The translations under genes were made by a program, and so were the position numbers. Shown here one piece after another: positions 9,174 to 20,577 of a stretch of DNA of 64,000 nucleotides (position 1 is the stretch's first letter; the number at the start of each line of letters is the position of its first letter). The DNA is from Candidatus Hydrogenedentota bacterium. Lineage in GTDB: Bacteria > Hydrogenedentota > Hydrogenedentia > Hydrogenedentales > SLHB01. Location of the stretch: positions 1 through 64,000 of the forward strand of contig CAXXTH010000006.1 of assembly GCA_963668025.2 (NCBI GenBank), given 5' to 3'. A model generated the notes under the pieces. The model was given only the letters and a program-made list of their open reading frames with translations. It searched no databases and was not told the origin of the DNA.

Positions 9174-12100
9174 TTAGGTATATCGCGCGTCGGGGTGGAA
9201 ACATACCAGCGCCGCCGTGGCCCCTGTGGGCGAGAACTCGCCTGCCTCCGTGATCTTTACGCCGATCAAGTCTGTTGCGTGCAGCAATTCGAGAATTTGC
9301 CGATTATAGTCCGTGTTGGATATAGCGGGATAACCTGGAGACCAGCGAACGCCGTGGTGCGGCTCGAAACCCAATCGCCGCCGGACTTCCGAATGCAGAT
9401 ACTCAGCCATATCTTCAGCGACACGGTCCGATAAGCCTTGCAGATACAGGCAGGACTCGGAATCGCCTTCCAAGCGGAATTTGTTGACATACTGGTCCAC
9501 ATGCGGCCCGCTGGTGGCTATTTGCAAGCCTACCACGTCACGCGCTTTCCCGTTTTTCGGCAAAAAATATTGCGCTCCCGAAATGGTGTCTTTGCGTCCA
9601 GAGCCGATGACGCGGTCAAAGGCAAAACGCGCCAGCTCCGCCTCGGGCTCCTCGGGGTCGCAGACCACGAGCGTATCGTTTTCGGCGTAACAGGGGAAAA
9701 CGCCAAAGACACCCATGGGTATGATCCATTGATGGTGGCTGGCATGTTCGATCCACTGCTCGAAGAGGGCCTCGAGTTTCTCGCGAGTTTCTCCTTGTTT
9801 CGTACGTGAAGCCGTGCCGCCAAACTTCCAATTCAACGCGAACAACGTCTTCGTATCGATATGCTCTTTAAATTCCTTGAGCGAATACGAGACCGTTTCA
9901 TAAGCGAAGCATGGTTTTGGCGGCAGCAGATGCTTCTCGAATGAGATAGTGCGGTGCGGGAGCGTCCGGCGCAGTTCGTCGTCTTCGACGGCGCGTTTTT
10001 CGGCCTTCTCGAATTCCCGGCTCAGCCGGTGGCGGTTCTTCGCAAGCAGGGCTTCCCGTCCTTGCGTATCCTGGAGGGCGTTCATGACGTTCACGCCGTC
10101 CATGGCAGTGGCGCAATAGAAGACATTATCGCGCATGTGTTCCATGCCGCCATCGCCCGCCATGGCCACATACGCCGCATGGCGGTGGCTAACTGGCGCG
10201 CCGCCGATAAGGATGGGCAGATGCTCCAGGCCTTGCTCCTTGGACATCTTCGACACGGTGATCATGTGGTTCGAGGTTTGCACCAGCAGCGCCGACATGC
10301 CGATGGCGGTGGCGTTGTGTTCGCGGGCGGCGTCGAGGAATTGCTGGAGCGGCGTCATGACGCCCAGGTCGATCACGCGGTAGCCATAATTCTCGAAGAG
10401 CGTCTTGGCCAGATCCTTGCCGATGCTATGCACGTCCTGGTAGACCGTGCCCAGGACGATCACGCCCTTATATTCGATGGCGGCATGCATGTCCGCGCCC
10501 GTCGAAACACGCATATATTCTTCGAGAAAGCCCATGACCTGTTTCATCACGTCGGCCGATTTCAATAAATGCGGCAGCGATACATCGCCTTGGGCAAAGC
10601 CATCTCCCAGCTCATTCATGGCTTTCATCAGGTATTGGTTGATGAAAGTGAGCGGTTCATGCGTTTCAATAGCTTTCGCCACTTGCAGCACAATGCGGTC
10701 GGCGTATTTGTAGGTGCGGCCAGCCGCCTCGACGCTTCCATGCTCGCGCTGTTTATACCCATCCTTAATCTTTTCGCAAATCGCTTCTTCGATGGGCAGA
10801 TTATCATAGTTGGTGCGCCGTTCGACCACGATTCCGCTCTTTTCCGCGGCAATCGTCTCGAGAGCGGCGTAAGCGTCCATATCGCGCTCTAAAATGACTT
10901 TCAGCGCCAAGTCATAATGGGCCTGTTCGATGTTATCCACGAACACATAGAAGTTTGGATTGATAATCGCCGCATCGAGTCCGCGCTTGCGCGCTTCATC
11001 GAGCCATACCGAGGTCAGCACCAAACGCATGTACGGCTTCTTGGCCAGGCCATTGGTCAGGTTGCCTACCCCGCACACCGTGCGCAGATCGGGATGGATG
11101 GCCTTGATGAGTGGAATGGCTTCGAGCGATTCTAGGGCGAAATTCATCCCTTCCTCGGATTCAGAACCGATGGGAAAGACGTTCATGTCGATGAAGAGCT
11201 GGCCGGGCGTGACGCCATGGCGCGCGGCATTCTCGACAATCTGCCGGGCGAGCTCCGCCTTCTGCTCGCGCGTGGCCCCCGGCCCTTTCGGACCAGCGGC
11301 CAGGCCGATGTACATGGGCCAATGCGCTTTAGTGGCTTCCATCACCGCATCGGCCTTCGTAACGCCGGGGGAGACCTCTTCCATCGAGATGGAATTCAAG
11401 ATCGGGCGGCCGGGATACGCCTTGATCGCTTCCGCCAGCGACTCGAAGGCAAACGAGTCCAGGCACATCGCGCCAGAGAAATCCGTGGTTTGCTTATGCA
11501 CGACCTGCTTGAGGATCTCGGTCGTGTCCACGACATTCGAGTCCATGCATACATCGATCACCGTCAAGCCCAGTTCATGCACTTGCTCGTTCACGACTTC
11601 TTCGAGCACATCCTGGTTCAGGCCGCCTTCGCCTTCGACCGCATCGCGCACTTTTTTCGAGCCGCGCACATTGAGGCGTTCGCCGATGCGGATTAATCCA
11701 TCCGTACTGTCGATCAGCACGGCCTGCTGCGGCCCGGAGATGTACACGCGCTTATCCGGCGTACGCGGCGCGGGTGTGCGGCGGCCAATAGTTTCCGCAA
11801 TGGCGGCGATATGCTCCGGCGTCGTGCCGCAACAGCCGCCCACGATATTCACGCCATATTCGGCCACATAATCGCGCATGATCTCGGCCATTTTGCCCGG
11901 AGAGAATTTGAACACGGTGCGCCCGCCCTCCGAAACAGGCAGCCCCGCGTTGGGCACGATGGACACTGGCAGCGGGCAGCGGCGGCTCAGCGTCTCGACG
12001 GTCTTGCGCATGAGATCCGGGCCAATGCTGCAATTGACGCCGAACGTGTCAATGCCGATGCCCTGTACGGTTACTTGTGCGGCGTGGATATCCGTGTTGA

Positions 12101-12806
12101 ATATCTGCATCCGCGAAAAGGCGTCCACGGTCACCTGGCACATAATCGGGATATTGCGCTCTGACTCCCGAATCGCACGGCGTGCGCCCATCACGGCGGC
12201 CTTCACTTCAAGGATGTCTTGCTGTGTTTCGAAGAGCAGCACATCCGCGCCCCCGGCAATCAAGCCGCGCGCCTGCTGGCGGAAGTTGTCTGATATGGCG
12301 TCGAAGGTCGAGAGTTTCAGATTTGCATCCGTGCTCGATAACACCCGGTTTGACGGGCCAATCGAGCCGAGGACAAACAGCGTGCGGCCATCATAGGAAG
12401 GGCTTTTCATATACATGGCGCGCGCTTCGCACGCCACTTCCGCGGCGCGCTTGCTGAGTAGATAGCTAAAATCATGATAGGAGAGAGTGCGCAGTTCCAC
12501 TCCGTCCGGAATCGGATCGAATGCGGAAAGATTAAGGCCGCTGAAATCATATTCGGAAAGCCGGAAAGCAGAAGCGCCGAAGCTATTGGTTTCGACGGCA
12601 TGCGCGCCTGCCCGGAAATACGCAAGATGAATGTCTCGCACCGCATCCGGATGGGAAAAAGTCAGCAAATCGGTAAGCATGCGATATTCGGCGCCGCCGA
12701 AATCGGCGTCCGTGAAGCCAAGGCCCTGGACCTGCGTGCCCATGGCGCCGTCAATGAACATCACCTGCTGTTGTAGCATCTCACGAAACGACATATGGCC
12801 CTCCAA
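9174..12806 (-). CDS. metH: Cobalamin-dependent methionine synthase
   Basis: 'DGAMGT', 'GGCCGTTPEHI', pterin domain 'IGERLN', B12 motif 'DVHSIG', activation domain 'SPGYPA'. Confidence 0.96.
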   Translation of the reverse strand: MEGHMSFREMLQQQVMFIDGAMGTQVQGLGFTDADFGGAEYRMLTDLLTFSHPDAVRDIHLAYFRAGAHAVETNSFGASAFRLSEYDFSGLNLSAFDPIPDGVELRTLSYHDFSYLLSKRAAEVACEARAMYMKSPSYDGRTLFVLGSIGPSNRVLSSTDANLKLSTFDAISDNFRQQARGLIAGGADVLLFETQQDILEVKAAVMGARRAIRESERNIPIMCQVTVDAFSRMQIFNTDIHAAQVTVQGIGIDTFGVNCSIGPDLMRKTVETLSRRCPLPVSIVPNAGLPVSEGGRTVFKFSPGKMAEIMRDYVAEYGVNIVGGCCGTTPEHIAAIAETIGRRTPAPRTPDKRVYISGPQQAVLIDSTDGLIRIGERLNVRGSKKVRDAVEGEGGLNQDVLEEVVNEQVHELGLTVIDVCMDSNVVDTTEILKQVVHKQTTDFSGAMCLDSFAFESLAEAIKAYPGRPILNSISMEEVSPGVTKADAVMEATKAHWPMYIGLAAGPKGPGATREQKAELARQIVENAARHGVTPGQLFIDMNVFPIGSESEEGMNFALESLEAIPLIKAIHPDLRTVCGVGNLTNGLAKKPYMRLVLTSVWLDEARKRGLDAAIINPNFYVFVDNIEQAHYDLALKVILERDMDAYAALETIAAEKSGIVVERRTNYDNLPIEEAICEKIKDGYKQREHGSVEAAGRTYKYADRIVLQVAKAIETHEPLTFINQYLMKAMNELGDGFAQGDVSLPHLLKSADVMKQVMGFLEEYMRVSTGADMHAAIEYKGVIVLGTVYQDVHSIGKDLAKTLFENYGYRVIDLGVMTPLQQFLDAAREHNATAIGMSALLVQTSNHMITVSKMSKEQGLEHLPILIGGAPVSHRHAAYVAMAGDGGMEHMRDNVFYCATAMDGVNVMNALQDTQGREALLAKNRHRLSREFEKAEKRAVEDDELRRTLPHRTISFEKHLLPPKPCFAYETVSYSLKEFKEHIDTKTLFALNWKFGGTASRTKQGETREKLEALFEQWIEHASHHQWIIPMGVFGVFPCYAENDTLVVCDPEEPEAELARFAFDRVIGSGRKDTISGAQYFLPKNGKARDVVGLQIATSGPHVDQYVNKFRLEGDSESCLYLQGLSDRVAEDMAEYLHSEVRRRLGFEPHHGVRWSPGYPAISNTDYNRQILELLHATDLIGVKITEAGEFSPTGATAALVCFHPDARYT

Positions 12807-12903
12807 ATTGACTGCGATTCAAATGCATGCGTACTGCCAGAACACCCGCCAAGCATAAAAGCAAAGTATAGCATAGAACAGCAAAGCATGATCATTCGCT
12901 TCT

Positions 12904-12956
12904 CGTAGCATGGCCGTCCCGGCCACACGCATGGGCGAGACGCGGCCCCATGCTAC
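12904..12956. repeat. GTAG-type REP-like double-hairpin element (family A)
   Basis: cgtagcatggccgtcccggcca...catgggcgagacg..cccatgctacg; related copies at 39078, 54738 and 59451-59997. Confidence 0.85.
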
Positions 12957-12998
12957 GGACTCTCACATCTCCTTTATCGGGAGATTAAGGATCCTTTT

Positions 12999-13105
12999 GT
13001 GTCTCTTGCGCTTTTTGTGGCTATTTTTGAAGCGATTGCCCCGGTGAGGCCCCAGGGCAATTACTGTAAAAAAACAAGAATTAGCCACAAGAAGCGAAGA
13101 GACGC
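12999..13105. repeat. Long imperfect inverted repeat with central hairpin
   Basis: gtgtctcttgcgctttttgtggcta (12999-13023) versus tagccacaagaagcgaagagacgc (13082-13105). Confidence 0.7.
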
Positions 13106-13166
13106 GAGATGATCACAAATTGCGAGAAAAGAAAGAATGTAGATATATACTTCCAGTCAAGGGCAA

Positions 13167-13204
13167 GAAAAAACGCGGAGGAATGCCTGGGCGTTCCTCC
13201 GCGG
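13167..13204 (-). terminator. Rho-independent terminator of tyrS
   Basis: cgcggaggaatgcc/ggcgttcctccgcg stem followed by a U-tract on the minus strand. Confidence 0.75.
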
Positions 13205-13221
13205 TTCAAATGCGGTTAGGC

Positions 13222-14502
13222 CTATTCTGCCGCAAACCGCAGCAAATGGTAGTTTTTCTTGCCTTTCCGTACAACGGCCATGTGGGCGGAACACAGGCAT
13301 TTCCGGTCCAGCTTGGCGTCCTCGGCGTCGATGCGCACATTATTGATATACAGGCCGCCGCTTTTCACCAGGCGGCGGGCTTCGCCCTTGCTTGGGAACA
13401 CGCCGCACTCCACGAGCACATCGAGCAGCGGGCGTTCCGCATCGAGTGCGTTCGATGGCAGGCTGCTCGAGGGGGCTTCGCTGAACACATCCTCGATGGT
13501 GGCCTCATCCAGCCCATCGAGTTCGCCGCCAAAAAGGGCCTGGCTGGCGCGAATCGCATGACGCAGGGCGTCTTCGCCATGGACCATGCGCGTCACTTCT
13601 TCCGCGAGCCGCCGTTGCGCTTCGCGTTTCTCGGGCGCTTGCGCGACCTGCACGTCCAAAGCCTCGATTTCTTCGCGGGACAGAAACGTGAAGTATCGCA
13701 GGAAACGTCCCACGTCGGCGTCGGCCTGGTTGATCCAGAACTGGTAGAATTTGTAGGGCGATGTGCGGCCTGCATCGAGCCAGACGTTGCCCGACTCCGA
13801 TTTCCCGAATTTCGAGCCATCGGCCTTGGTGACAAGCGGGAACGTCAGCCCGAATGTGGCCGCTCCTTCACGCAGACGCCGCGCCAAATCCATTCCCGCG
13901 ACGATATTGCCCCATTGGTCGCTCCCGCCGATTTGAAGGCGGCAGCCGTGCGAGTCGAACAGGTGCAGGAAATCATAGGCCTGCAAAAGCTGGTACGAGA
14001 ATTCCGTGTAGCTGATGCCATGTTCGCGGTCCTCGAGGCGCGCCCGGACGGATTCACGCGCCATCATGACATTGACCGAGAAATGTTTGCCGACATCCCG
14101 TAAAAACTCGACCAGGCTCAGTTTGCCCAGCCAGTCGTTGTTGTTGACGAGCAGTGCGCCATTTTCGCCCGAGAAATCAAGAAACCGTTCGAGCTGGCTG
14201 CGGATACCCGCGACATTGCGTTCCACTTGCGTATTATCGAGAAGCTGGCGCTCCTGCGTTTTACCACTCGGGTCGCCAATCATGCCCGTGGCCCCGCCCA
14301 CCAAAGCGATGGGCTGATGCCCCGCGCGCTGGAAGCGCATGAGGCCCATAATGGGCAGCAGGCTGCCGATGTGCAGGCTTTCCGCCGTGGGGTCGAATCC
14401 GCAATAGAGAACGAACCGTTCTTTTTCAAGCAAAGCGCCCAATTCATCATGAGTCGCCTGGTTCACAAAGCCGCGCCAAGATAGATCATCAAACAACGTC
14501 AT
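13222..14502 (-). CDS. tyrS: Tyrosine--tRNA ligase
   Basis: 'YCGFDPTAESLHIG', 'GGSDQWGNI', 'KFGKS', C-terminal S4 domain; start refined to MTLFDD after GGAG. Confidence 0.97.
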   Translation of the reverse strand: MTLFDDLSWRGFVNQATHDELGALLEKERFVLYCGFDPTAESLHIGSLLPIMGLMRFQRAGHQPIALVGGATGMIGDPSGKTQERQLLDNTQVERNVAGIRSQLERFLDFSGENGALLVNNNDWLGKLSLVEFLRDVGKHFSVNVMMARESVRARLEDREHGISYTEFSYQLLQAYDFLHLFDSHGCRLQIGGSDQWGNIVAGMDLARRLREGAATFGLTFPLVTKADGSKFGKSESGNVWLDAGRTSPYKFYQFWINQADADVGRFLRYFTFLSREEIEALDVQVAQAPEKREAQRRLAEEVTRMVHGEDALRHAIRASQALFGGELDGLDEATIEDVFSEAPSSSLPSNALDAERPLLDVLVECGVFPSKGEARRLVKSGGLYINNVRIDAEDAKLDRKCLCSAHMAVVRKGKKNYHLLRFAAE

Positions 14503-14806
14503 TTCTTCATCTCCATGTGTGCTGGCATTGAACGTATTGAGGGATAAACGAGAGAGCGGGCTAAGCAAACGCATACGCGCCGCAGGCGCGGGCCGCGCCT
14601 GCGGAAGAACCTCCGAGGAAATCTGCGATTAATGCGTTCATCCTCAAATTATAACAAGGAAGCAAAATCGATTCAAAACGGCATTTTGTTCTCCGCATGG
14701 CTCTGTGAATTCCATAGAAAAAGATGGCATTGCCGCCCGCTACACGGTATACTAAGGATTCAGGTGGGGCGGAGGCATGTGCGCCACGAATATATTGGCG
14801 TTGCGC

Positions 14807-14836
14807 TTGACAGGCAGCAAGAGGGTTTGGTATATT
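14807..14836 (+). promoter_or_regulatory. Sigma70-type promoter of the tRNA-tuf operon
   Basis: TTGACA-18 nt-TATATT with extended TG and GC-rich discriminator. Confidence 0.65.
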
Positions 14837-14888
14837 TTGCGCCCGATGCCGCCTGTGGGCGGCAGTTCAGTTTTTAGATAATACTTCC

Positions 14889-14964
14889 GCTGGCGTAGCT
14901 CAGTTGGTAGAGCAACGGATTTGTAATCCGTGGGTCGGGGGTTCAACTCCCTTCGCCAGCTCCA
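14889..14964 (+). tRNA. tRNA-Thr(TGT)
   Basis: Cloverleaf; anticodon arm ACGGA-TTTGTAA-TCCGT; encoded CCA. Confidence 0.97.
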
Positions 14965-15065
14965 CTTTGAGAAGCGGGAAGCGGTGCGGCTTCTCCAAAA
15001 ATACTGTGATGCAGTGTTTCTCGAAAAGCCGCTAAGCAAGTGGAAAAAGAGGGCGGCATTCATGT

Positions 15066-15151
15066 GGTGGGATGCCCGAGTGGTTAATGGGGCTGGGCTG
15101 TAAACCCAGTGGCTAACGCCTACGTTGGTTCAAATCCAACTCCCACCACCA
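15066..15151 (+). tRNA. tRNA-Tyr(GTA)
   Basis: CTGGG-CTGTAAA-CCCAG; long variable arm; CCA. Confidence 0.97.
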
Positions 15152-15173
15152 TTACATTTTAATTTAGGCTTGG

Positions 15174-15250
15174 GCGGGAATAGCTCAGTTGGCTAGAGCG
15201 TCAGCCTTCCAAGCTGAGGGTCGCGGGTTCGAATCCCGTTTCCCGCTCCA
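15174..15250 (+). tRNA. tRNA-Gly(TCC)
   Basis: TCAGC-CTTCCAA-GCTGA; GTTCGAATC; CCA. Confidence 0.97.
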
Positions 15251-15273
15251 TTTTTGAGTTGTTGCATGCACGG

Positions 15274-15349
15274 GCCCGCGTAGCTCAGTCGGTAGAGCAC
15301 CTCCATGGTAAGGAGGGGGTCACCAGTTCGATTCTGGTCGTGGGCTCCA
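15274..15349 (+). tRNA. tRNA-Thr(GGT)
   Basis: CCTCC-ATGGTAA-GGAGG; CCA. Confidence 0.96.
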
Positions 15350-15484
15350 TGGTTTATTTTGACGATGCGCTATGTCCAGCTCGGCAGCGCGCTCGCCTGT
15401 GCGAACCTAACAGTTGTTGTTCGTGCTCGTAGTTCGCCTCGGTGGTAACAGACTAAACACGTAGCGTATGGAGGTTACATAAGA

Positions 15485-16678
<1,194 letters not shown>

Positions 16679-16744
16679 CGAAGCACAGGCGGCCGGTTTC
16701 GGCCGCCTGATATATCATAAAAAAGTGAGAGGCGTTTTTTATGC

Positions 16745-16821
16745 AGGGCTGTAGCTCAATTGGCTAGAGCAGCGGCCTCCAAAGCCGAAGGTTGGGGGTT
16801 CAAGTCCCTCCAGCCCTGCCA
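16745..16821 (+). tRNA. tRNA-Trp(CCA)
   Basis: Acceptor stem AGGGCTG/CAGCCCT; loop CTCCAAA; CCA; canonical position before secE. Confidence 0.95.
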
Positions 16822-16870
16822 TTTCCCATCCGGGAAAGCCAGCGCACCCGAACTGGAGTAGAGAAGAACA

Positions 16871-17104
16871 ATGGCGAAACAAGCCCCCGCTATCGCGGAA
16901 AAACCGGGCATTGTAGCCCGGGTGCAAATGTTCTACCATGATGTATTGGTAGAAATGAAGAAGGTTTCCTGGCCAACGAAAGAAGATGTGAAAGCATCTA
17001 CTCAAGTGGTTATGTTCCTGCTTCTTATATTGGCTGGCATTGTGTTGATATACGATTCGATATTTGGTTTCGTAGTCGTAAATTTACTCAAATTACTAGC
17101 GTAA
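16871..17104 (+). CDS. secE: Preprotein translocase subunit SecE
   Basis: 'EMKKVSWP' plus one TM helix; synteny. Confidence 0.95.
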   Translation: MAKQAPAIAEKPGIVARVQMFYHDVLVEMKKVSWPTKEDVKASTQVVMFLLLILAGIVLIYDSIFGFVVVNLLKLLA

Positions 17105-17117
17105 GGAAAGGCGGCCC

Positions 17118-17789
17118 GTGGCGGTAGATCAAGAGAATCCAGAAAAACTGGAAGCAGCGTCGTTCGATCCCGAGCAGGATCAGGATACCGCCTCGACCAT
17201 CGTCGAGCAGCCAGAAGCGGATCCGTTTGCCGAAAAGCAAGATGGGATCAAGCGCCGCTGGTATGCGATTCATGCATATAGCGGCCAGGAAGGAAATGTA
17301 AAAAAGAACCTTCTGGTGCATGCGAAACAAGCTGGTTTGCTGGATCACTTTGGTTTGATTCTGGTGCCCATGGAAGAAGTGGCCGAGATCAAATCCGGTG
17401 AAAAAAAGATCTCGAAGCGCAAATTCTTTCCTGGCTATGTATTGGTGCAGCTTCCGGAACATCCGGAACGCAACGCTGAATTATGGCAAATGATCAAAGA
17501 AACCCCGGGCGTAAGCGGCTTTATCGGTTCGCGAACGGTTCCGGTGCCTTTGGACAATGCCGAGGTGAACGCCATTCTCGAGGAAGTACGCGGAGATCGC
17601 GAGCGCCCGAAGCCAAAAGTGGATTTCGAGCACGGCGAGCGCGTCAAAATTATAGACGGCCCCTTCTCGAATTTCTTAGGGAATGTAGATGAGGTGAATG
17701 TGGAACGCGGCACGCTGAAGGTCATGGTAGAGATCTTCGAGCGATTGACCAGCGTGGAAGTGGAATTCTGGCAGGTCGAAAAAATCTAG
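17118..17789 (+). CDS. nusG: Transcription factor NusG with acidic N-terminal extension
   Basis: 'WYAIHAYSGQE', 'FFPGYVLV', KOW 'GERVKIIDGPF'. Confidence 0.97.
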   Translation: MAVDQENPEKLEAASFDPEQDQDTASTIVEQPEADPFAEKQDGIKRRWYAIHAYSGQEGNVKKNLLVHAKQAGLLDHFGLILVPMEEVAEIKSGEKKISKRKFFPGYVLVQLPEHPERNAELWQMIKETPGVSGFIGSRTVPVPLDNAEVNAILEEVRGDRERPKPKVDFEHGERVKIIDGPFSNFLGNVDEVNVERGTLKVMVEIFERLTSVEVEFWQVEKI

Positions 17790-17828
17790 CCGCACCAGAA
17801 CACCCGAAGAGGAATCGGAGCAAACACA

Positions 17829-18263
17829 ATGGCGAAGGGAAAACGCAGAGTAACCGCGCAGGTTAAATTGCAGTGTCCGGCAGGCGCCGCGACGCCCGCG
17901 CCGCCGGTCGGCCCCGCGTTGGGCCAGCACGGCGTGCAGATTATGGATTTCTGCAAGCAATTTAACGAGCGCACCAAAGAGCAGTCGGGCCTAATCATCC
18001 CCGTGGTCATCACTGTGTATGATGATCGCAGTTTCACTTTTATTACGAAGAGCCCGCCTGCGGCCGTATTGATTAAGCGTGCGGCTAAGCTGGCCAAAGC
18101 CTCCAGCACCCCCAATAAAGAAAAAGTGGGCAAAATCACGCTGGCACAGGCCCGTGAGATCGCCCAAATTAAGATGGAAGACCTTAATGCCGCGAATTTG
18201 GATACCGCCACGAGCATGGTCGCAGGCACCGCGCGCAGCATGGGAATTCTGATTGAAGGCTAG
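17829..18263 (+). CDS. rplK: 50S ribosomal protein L11
   Basis: '[13 protein letters not shown]', 'GTARSMG'. Confidence 0.98.
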   Translation: MAKGKRRVTAQVKLQCPAGAATPAPPVGPALGQHGVQIMDFCKQFNERTKEQSGLIIPVVITVYDDRSFTFITKSPPAAVLIKRAAKLAKASSTPNKEKVGKITLAQAREIAQIKMEDLNAANLDTATSMVAGTARSMGILIEG

Positions 18264-18315
18264 GGTGTACGCCCTAGAGGAGATAGTCCTGGCGGCGGCG
18301 TGCCGCAAGGTAAAC

Positions 18316-18345
18316 GTGGGAGGGCCTATGCGCCCGCTAGACCAC
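18316..18345 (+). promoter_or_regulatory. Ribosomal protein L1-binding mRNA element upstream of rplA
   Basis: GTGGGAGGG...CCCGCTAGACCAC directly before the rplA SD; resembles the L1 autoregulatory site. Confidence 0.75.
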
Positions 18346-18358
18346 AGGAGAATCTGCA

Positions 18359-19072
18359 ATGCCTAAACTCAGCAAACGAATGGCCGCACTTCAAGCCAAA
18401 CTTCCGCAAAACAAAATCTACAGCTTACCTGAAGCCGCTGAAGCCGTGAAGGAATACGCCACTGCTAAATTCGACGAGACCGTCGAGTTGGCTTTCCATC
18501 TGGGCGTCGACCCCCGCCATGCGGACCAAATGGTTCGTGGTTCCGTTTCCCTTCCCCATGGCACCGGCCGTCAAGTCCGGGTGGCTGTATTCTGCAAGCA
18601 AGCCGAACAGCAGGATGCGGCGAAAGCCGCTGGCGCGGAATTCATTGGCGCGGAAGATTTGGTCGAAAAAGTCCAAGGCGGATGGACCGATTTCGACGCC
18701 GCCGTGGCGGCCCCTGATATGATGGGCCTCGTGGGTAAACTCGGTAAAATATTGGGTCCACGCGGCTTAATGCCCAGCCCCAAAGCCGGTTCAGTCACCC
18801 CAAATGTCGCCCAAGCCGTGACCGAGATTAAAAAAGGCAAGATCGATTACCGCGTGAATAAAAACGCGGGTATTCATGTGCCTATTGGCAAAGTCTCGTT
18901 CACGACCCAGCAGATTGAAGAGAACGCGGGTGCTATTATTGAATCCGTGATTCGCGCCCGCCCTTCCGCTTGTAAAGGAACCTATGTAAAAGCGTGCGCC
19001 ATGAGCAGCACCATGGGGCCTGGTTTCCGGCTTGATCCGGTCTCACTTGCCGCACAATACCGCGTTCGATAA
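18359..19072 (+). CDS. rplA: 50S ribosomal protein L1
   Basis: 'KFDETVE', 'LGPRGLMP', 'SSTMGPG'. Confidence 0.98.
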   Translation: MPKLSKRMAALQAKLPQNKIYSLPEAAEAVKEYATAKFDETVELAFHLGVDPRHADQMVRGSVSLPHGTGRQVRVAVFCKQAEQQDAAKAAGAEFIGAEDLVEKVQGGWTDFDAAVAAPDMMGLVGKLGKILGPRGLMPSPKAGSVTPNVAQAVTEIKKGKIDYRVNKNAGIHVPIGKVSFTTQQIEENAGAIIESVIRARPSACKGTYVKACAMSSTMGPGFRLDPVSLAAQYRVR

Positions 19073-19121
19073 CCTCACTGCGCGGCTGGCAAGGTCCGTT
19101 GAACATAGAGGAGATATGCGC

Positions 19122-20318
19122 ATGAGTAAAACTATTCTGTTTACTTCCGAATCCGTGACGGATGGCCATCCCGATAAAGTCGCGGATGCAGTATCAGACG
19201 CCGTGTTAGATGCGATGCTGGCGCAAGATCCCATGAGCCGAGTAGCCTGTGAAACCATGGTAACTACGGGCTTGTGCGTTATCGCCGGTGAAATCACATC
19301 CAAAGCCGTAGTAGATATGCCTGCCGTAGCGCGCAAAGCGATTACCGATATCGGTTACAAAGGCGGCGCGTCCGGCTTCGATGGCAATTCTTGTGCGGTC
19401 ATGATCTCCCTAGACAAGCAGTCCCCGCATATTTCCATGGGTGTCACGGCGACGGATGCGCGCGAGCAAGGTGCGGGCGACCAAGGCATGATGTTCGGGT
19501 ATGCTTGCGATGAAACGCCCGAGCTGATGCCTCTCCCGATCAGTATTGCCCACAAACTGGGCCTGCGCCTCAAGCAGCTTCGTGAAGACGGCACTTTGCC
19601 CTGGCTCCAGCCTGATGGCAAGTCTCAAGTGACGGTGGAATATGTCGATGGTGTTCCCACCCGCATCGACACCGTGGTCATTTCGAACCAGCATGCTTCT
19701 TTCTGCGGCGATGGCGAACCGAGCGCGGCGGCGTTAGCGGATGAACATAAGCAAATCGAAGAAGCCGTGATCGAACAAGTCATCAAGCCGACCCTCCCAA
19801 AAGCGCTGGCTAACGGCAATATCAAATACCATGTGAATCCTACCGGCCGTTTTGTAGTCGGCGGCCCTGTGGGCGATTGCGGCCTTACGGGACGTAAAAT
19901 TATCGTCGATACCTATGGCGGCATGGGCCGCCATGGCGGTGGCGCGTTTAGCGGCAAAGATCCTTCGAAGGTTGATCGCTCGGCCGCCTACATGGCGCGC
20001 TATATTGCGAAAAATGTGGTAGCCGCTGGTATCGCACGCCGGTGCGAAGTGCAGCTTGCCTACGCCATTGGCGTCGCCCAACCCGTATCCATCAACGTGG
20101 ATACGTTTGGCACATGCCGCATCGACGAAGAAAAGCTCAGCGCCATACTCAAGAGCCATTTTGATTGCCGCCCCGCTGGCATCCTTGAAATACTCAACCT
20201 GCGCCAGCCAATTTACCGCAAGACTGTAGCCTTTGGCCATTTCGGCCGCGAAAATTGCGGCTTCCGCTGGGAAGAAACCGATCAAGCGGCAAAACTCCGT
20301 GAATTGGCGGGCTTATAA
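19122..20318 (+). CDS. metK: S-adenosylmethionine synthetase
   Basis: 'FTSESV..GHPDK', 'GAGDQG', 'GGGAFSGKD'; start refined after GAGGAG. Confidence 0.98.
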   Translation: MSKTILFTSESVTDGHPDKVADAVSDAVLDAMLAQDPMSRVACETMVTTGLCVIAGEITSKAVVDMPAVARKAITDIGYKGGASGFDGNSCAVMISLDKQSPHISMGVTATDAREQGAGDQGMMFGYACDETPELMPLPISIAHKLGLRLKQLREDGTLPWLQPDGKSQVTVEYVDGVPTRIDTVVISNQHASFCGDGEPSAAALADEHKQIEEAVIEQVIKPTLPKALANGNIKYHVNPTGRFVVGGPVGDCGLTGRKIIVDTYGGMGRHGGGAFSGKDPSKVDRSAAYMARYIAKNVVAAGIARRCEVQLAYAIGVAQPVSINVDTFGTCRIDEEKLSAILKSHFDCRPAGILEILNLRQPIYRKTVAFGHFGRENCGFRWEETDQAAKLRELAGL

Positions 20319-20347
20319 GTAGTTCCTCTCATATCTTTCTATTTCAG

Positions 20348-20377
20348 AAGGGCGTCTTTACGGCGCTCTTTTTTTTT
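20348..20377 (+). terminator. Rho-independent terminator after metK
   Basis: aagggcgtc/ggcgctctt stem plus a long T run. Confidence 0.8.
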
Positions 20378-20577
20378 ACTCCCGAATAAAAAAAGCCATA
20401 GGTTGTTTTTATTCAGCATGCATCATATGCGGCGGGGAAATGCTATCAAAACACGCATATAAAGAGAAAAAAGCATGTATAATAATAAATATGCGCTTTG
20501 GCGGATTTTTTGATAGTATATCTCAAGGCAATGGGTATGGCGCTAATCTTCCATTTCATCAGTGAAGGGGGTGTGTC

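Noticed and set aside
13120-14103. Long antisense ORFs (also 10960-11871, 25624-26490, 33623-34420, 36292-37317, 53216-54004)
   Set aside because: They are shadows of well-supported genes on the opposite strand in GC-rich DNA and show no protein motifs.
14503-14800. T-box leader for tyrS
   Set aside because: No T-box consensus or terminator/antiterminator visible on the minus strand.
14632-15063. ORFs overlapping the tRNA cluster and its promoter
   Set aside because: The region is explained by the promoter and tRNA-Thr.
16686-16709. Terminator after tuf
   Set aside because: A strong hairpin but no U-tract; more likely a processing or stability stem before tRNA-Trp.
20499-20514. Sigma54 promoter upstream of the MCP
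   Set aside because: GG-N10-GA lacks the conserved -12 GC; too weak to call.
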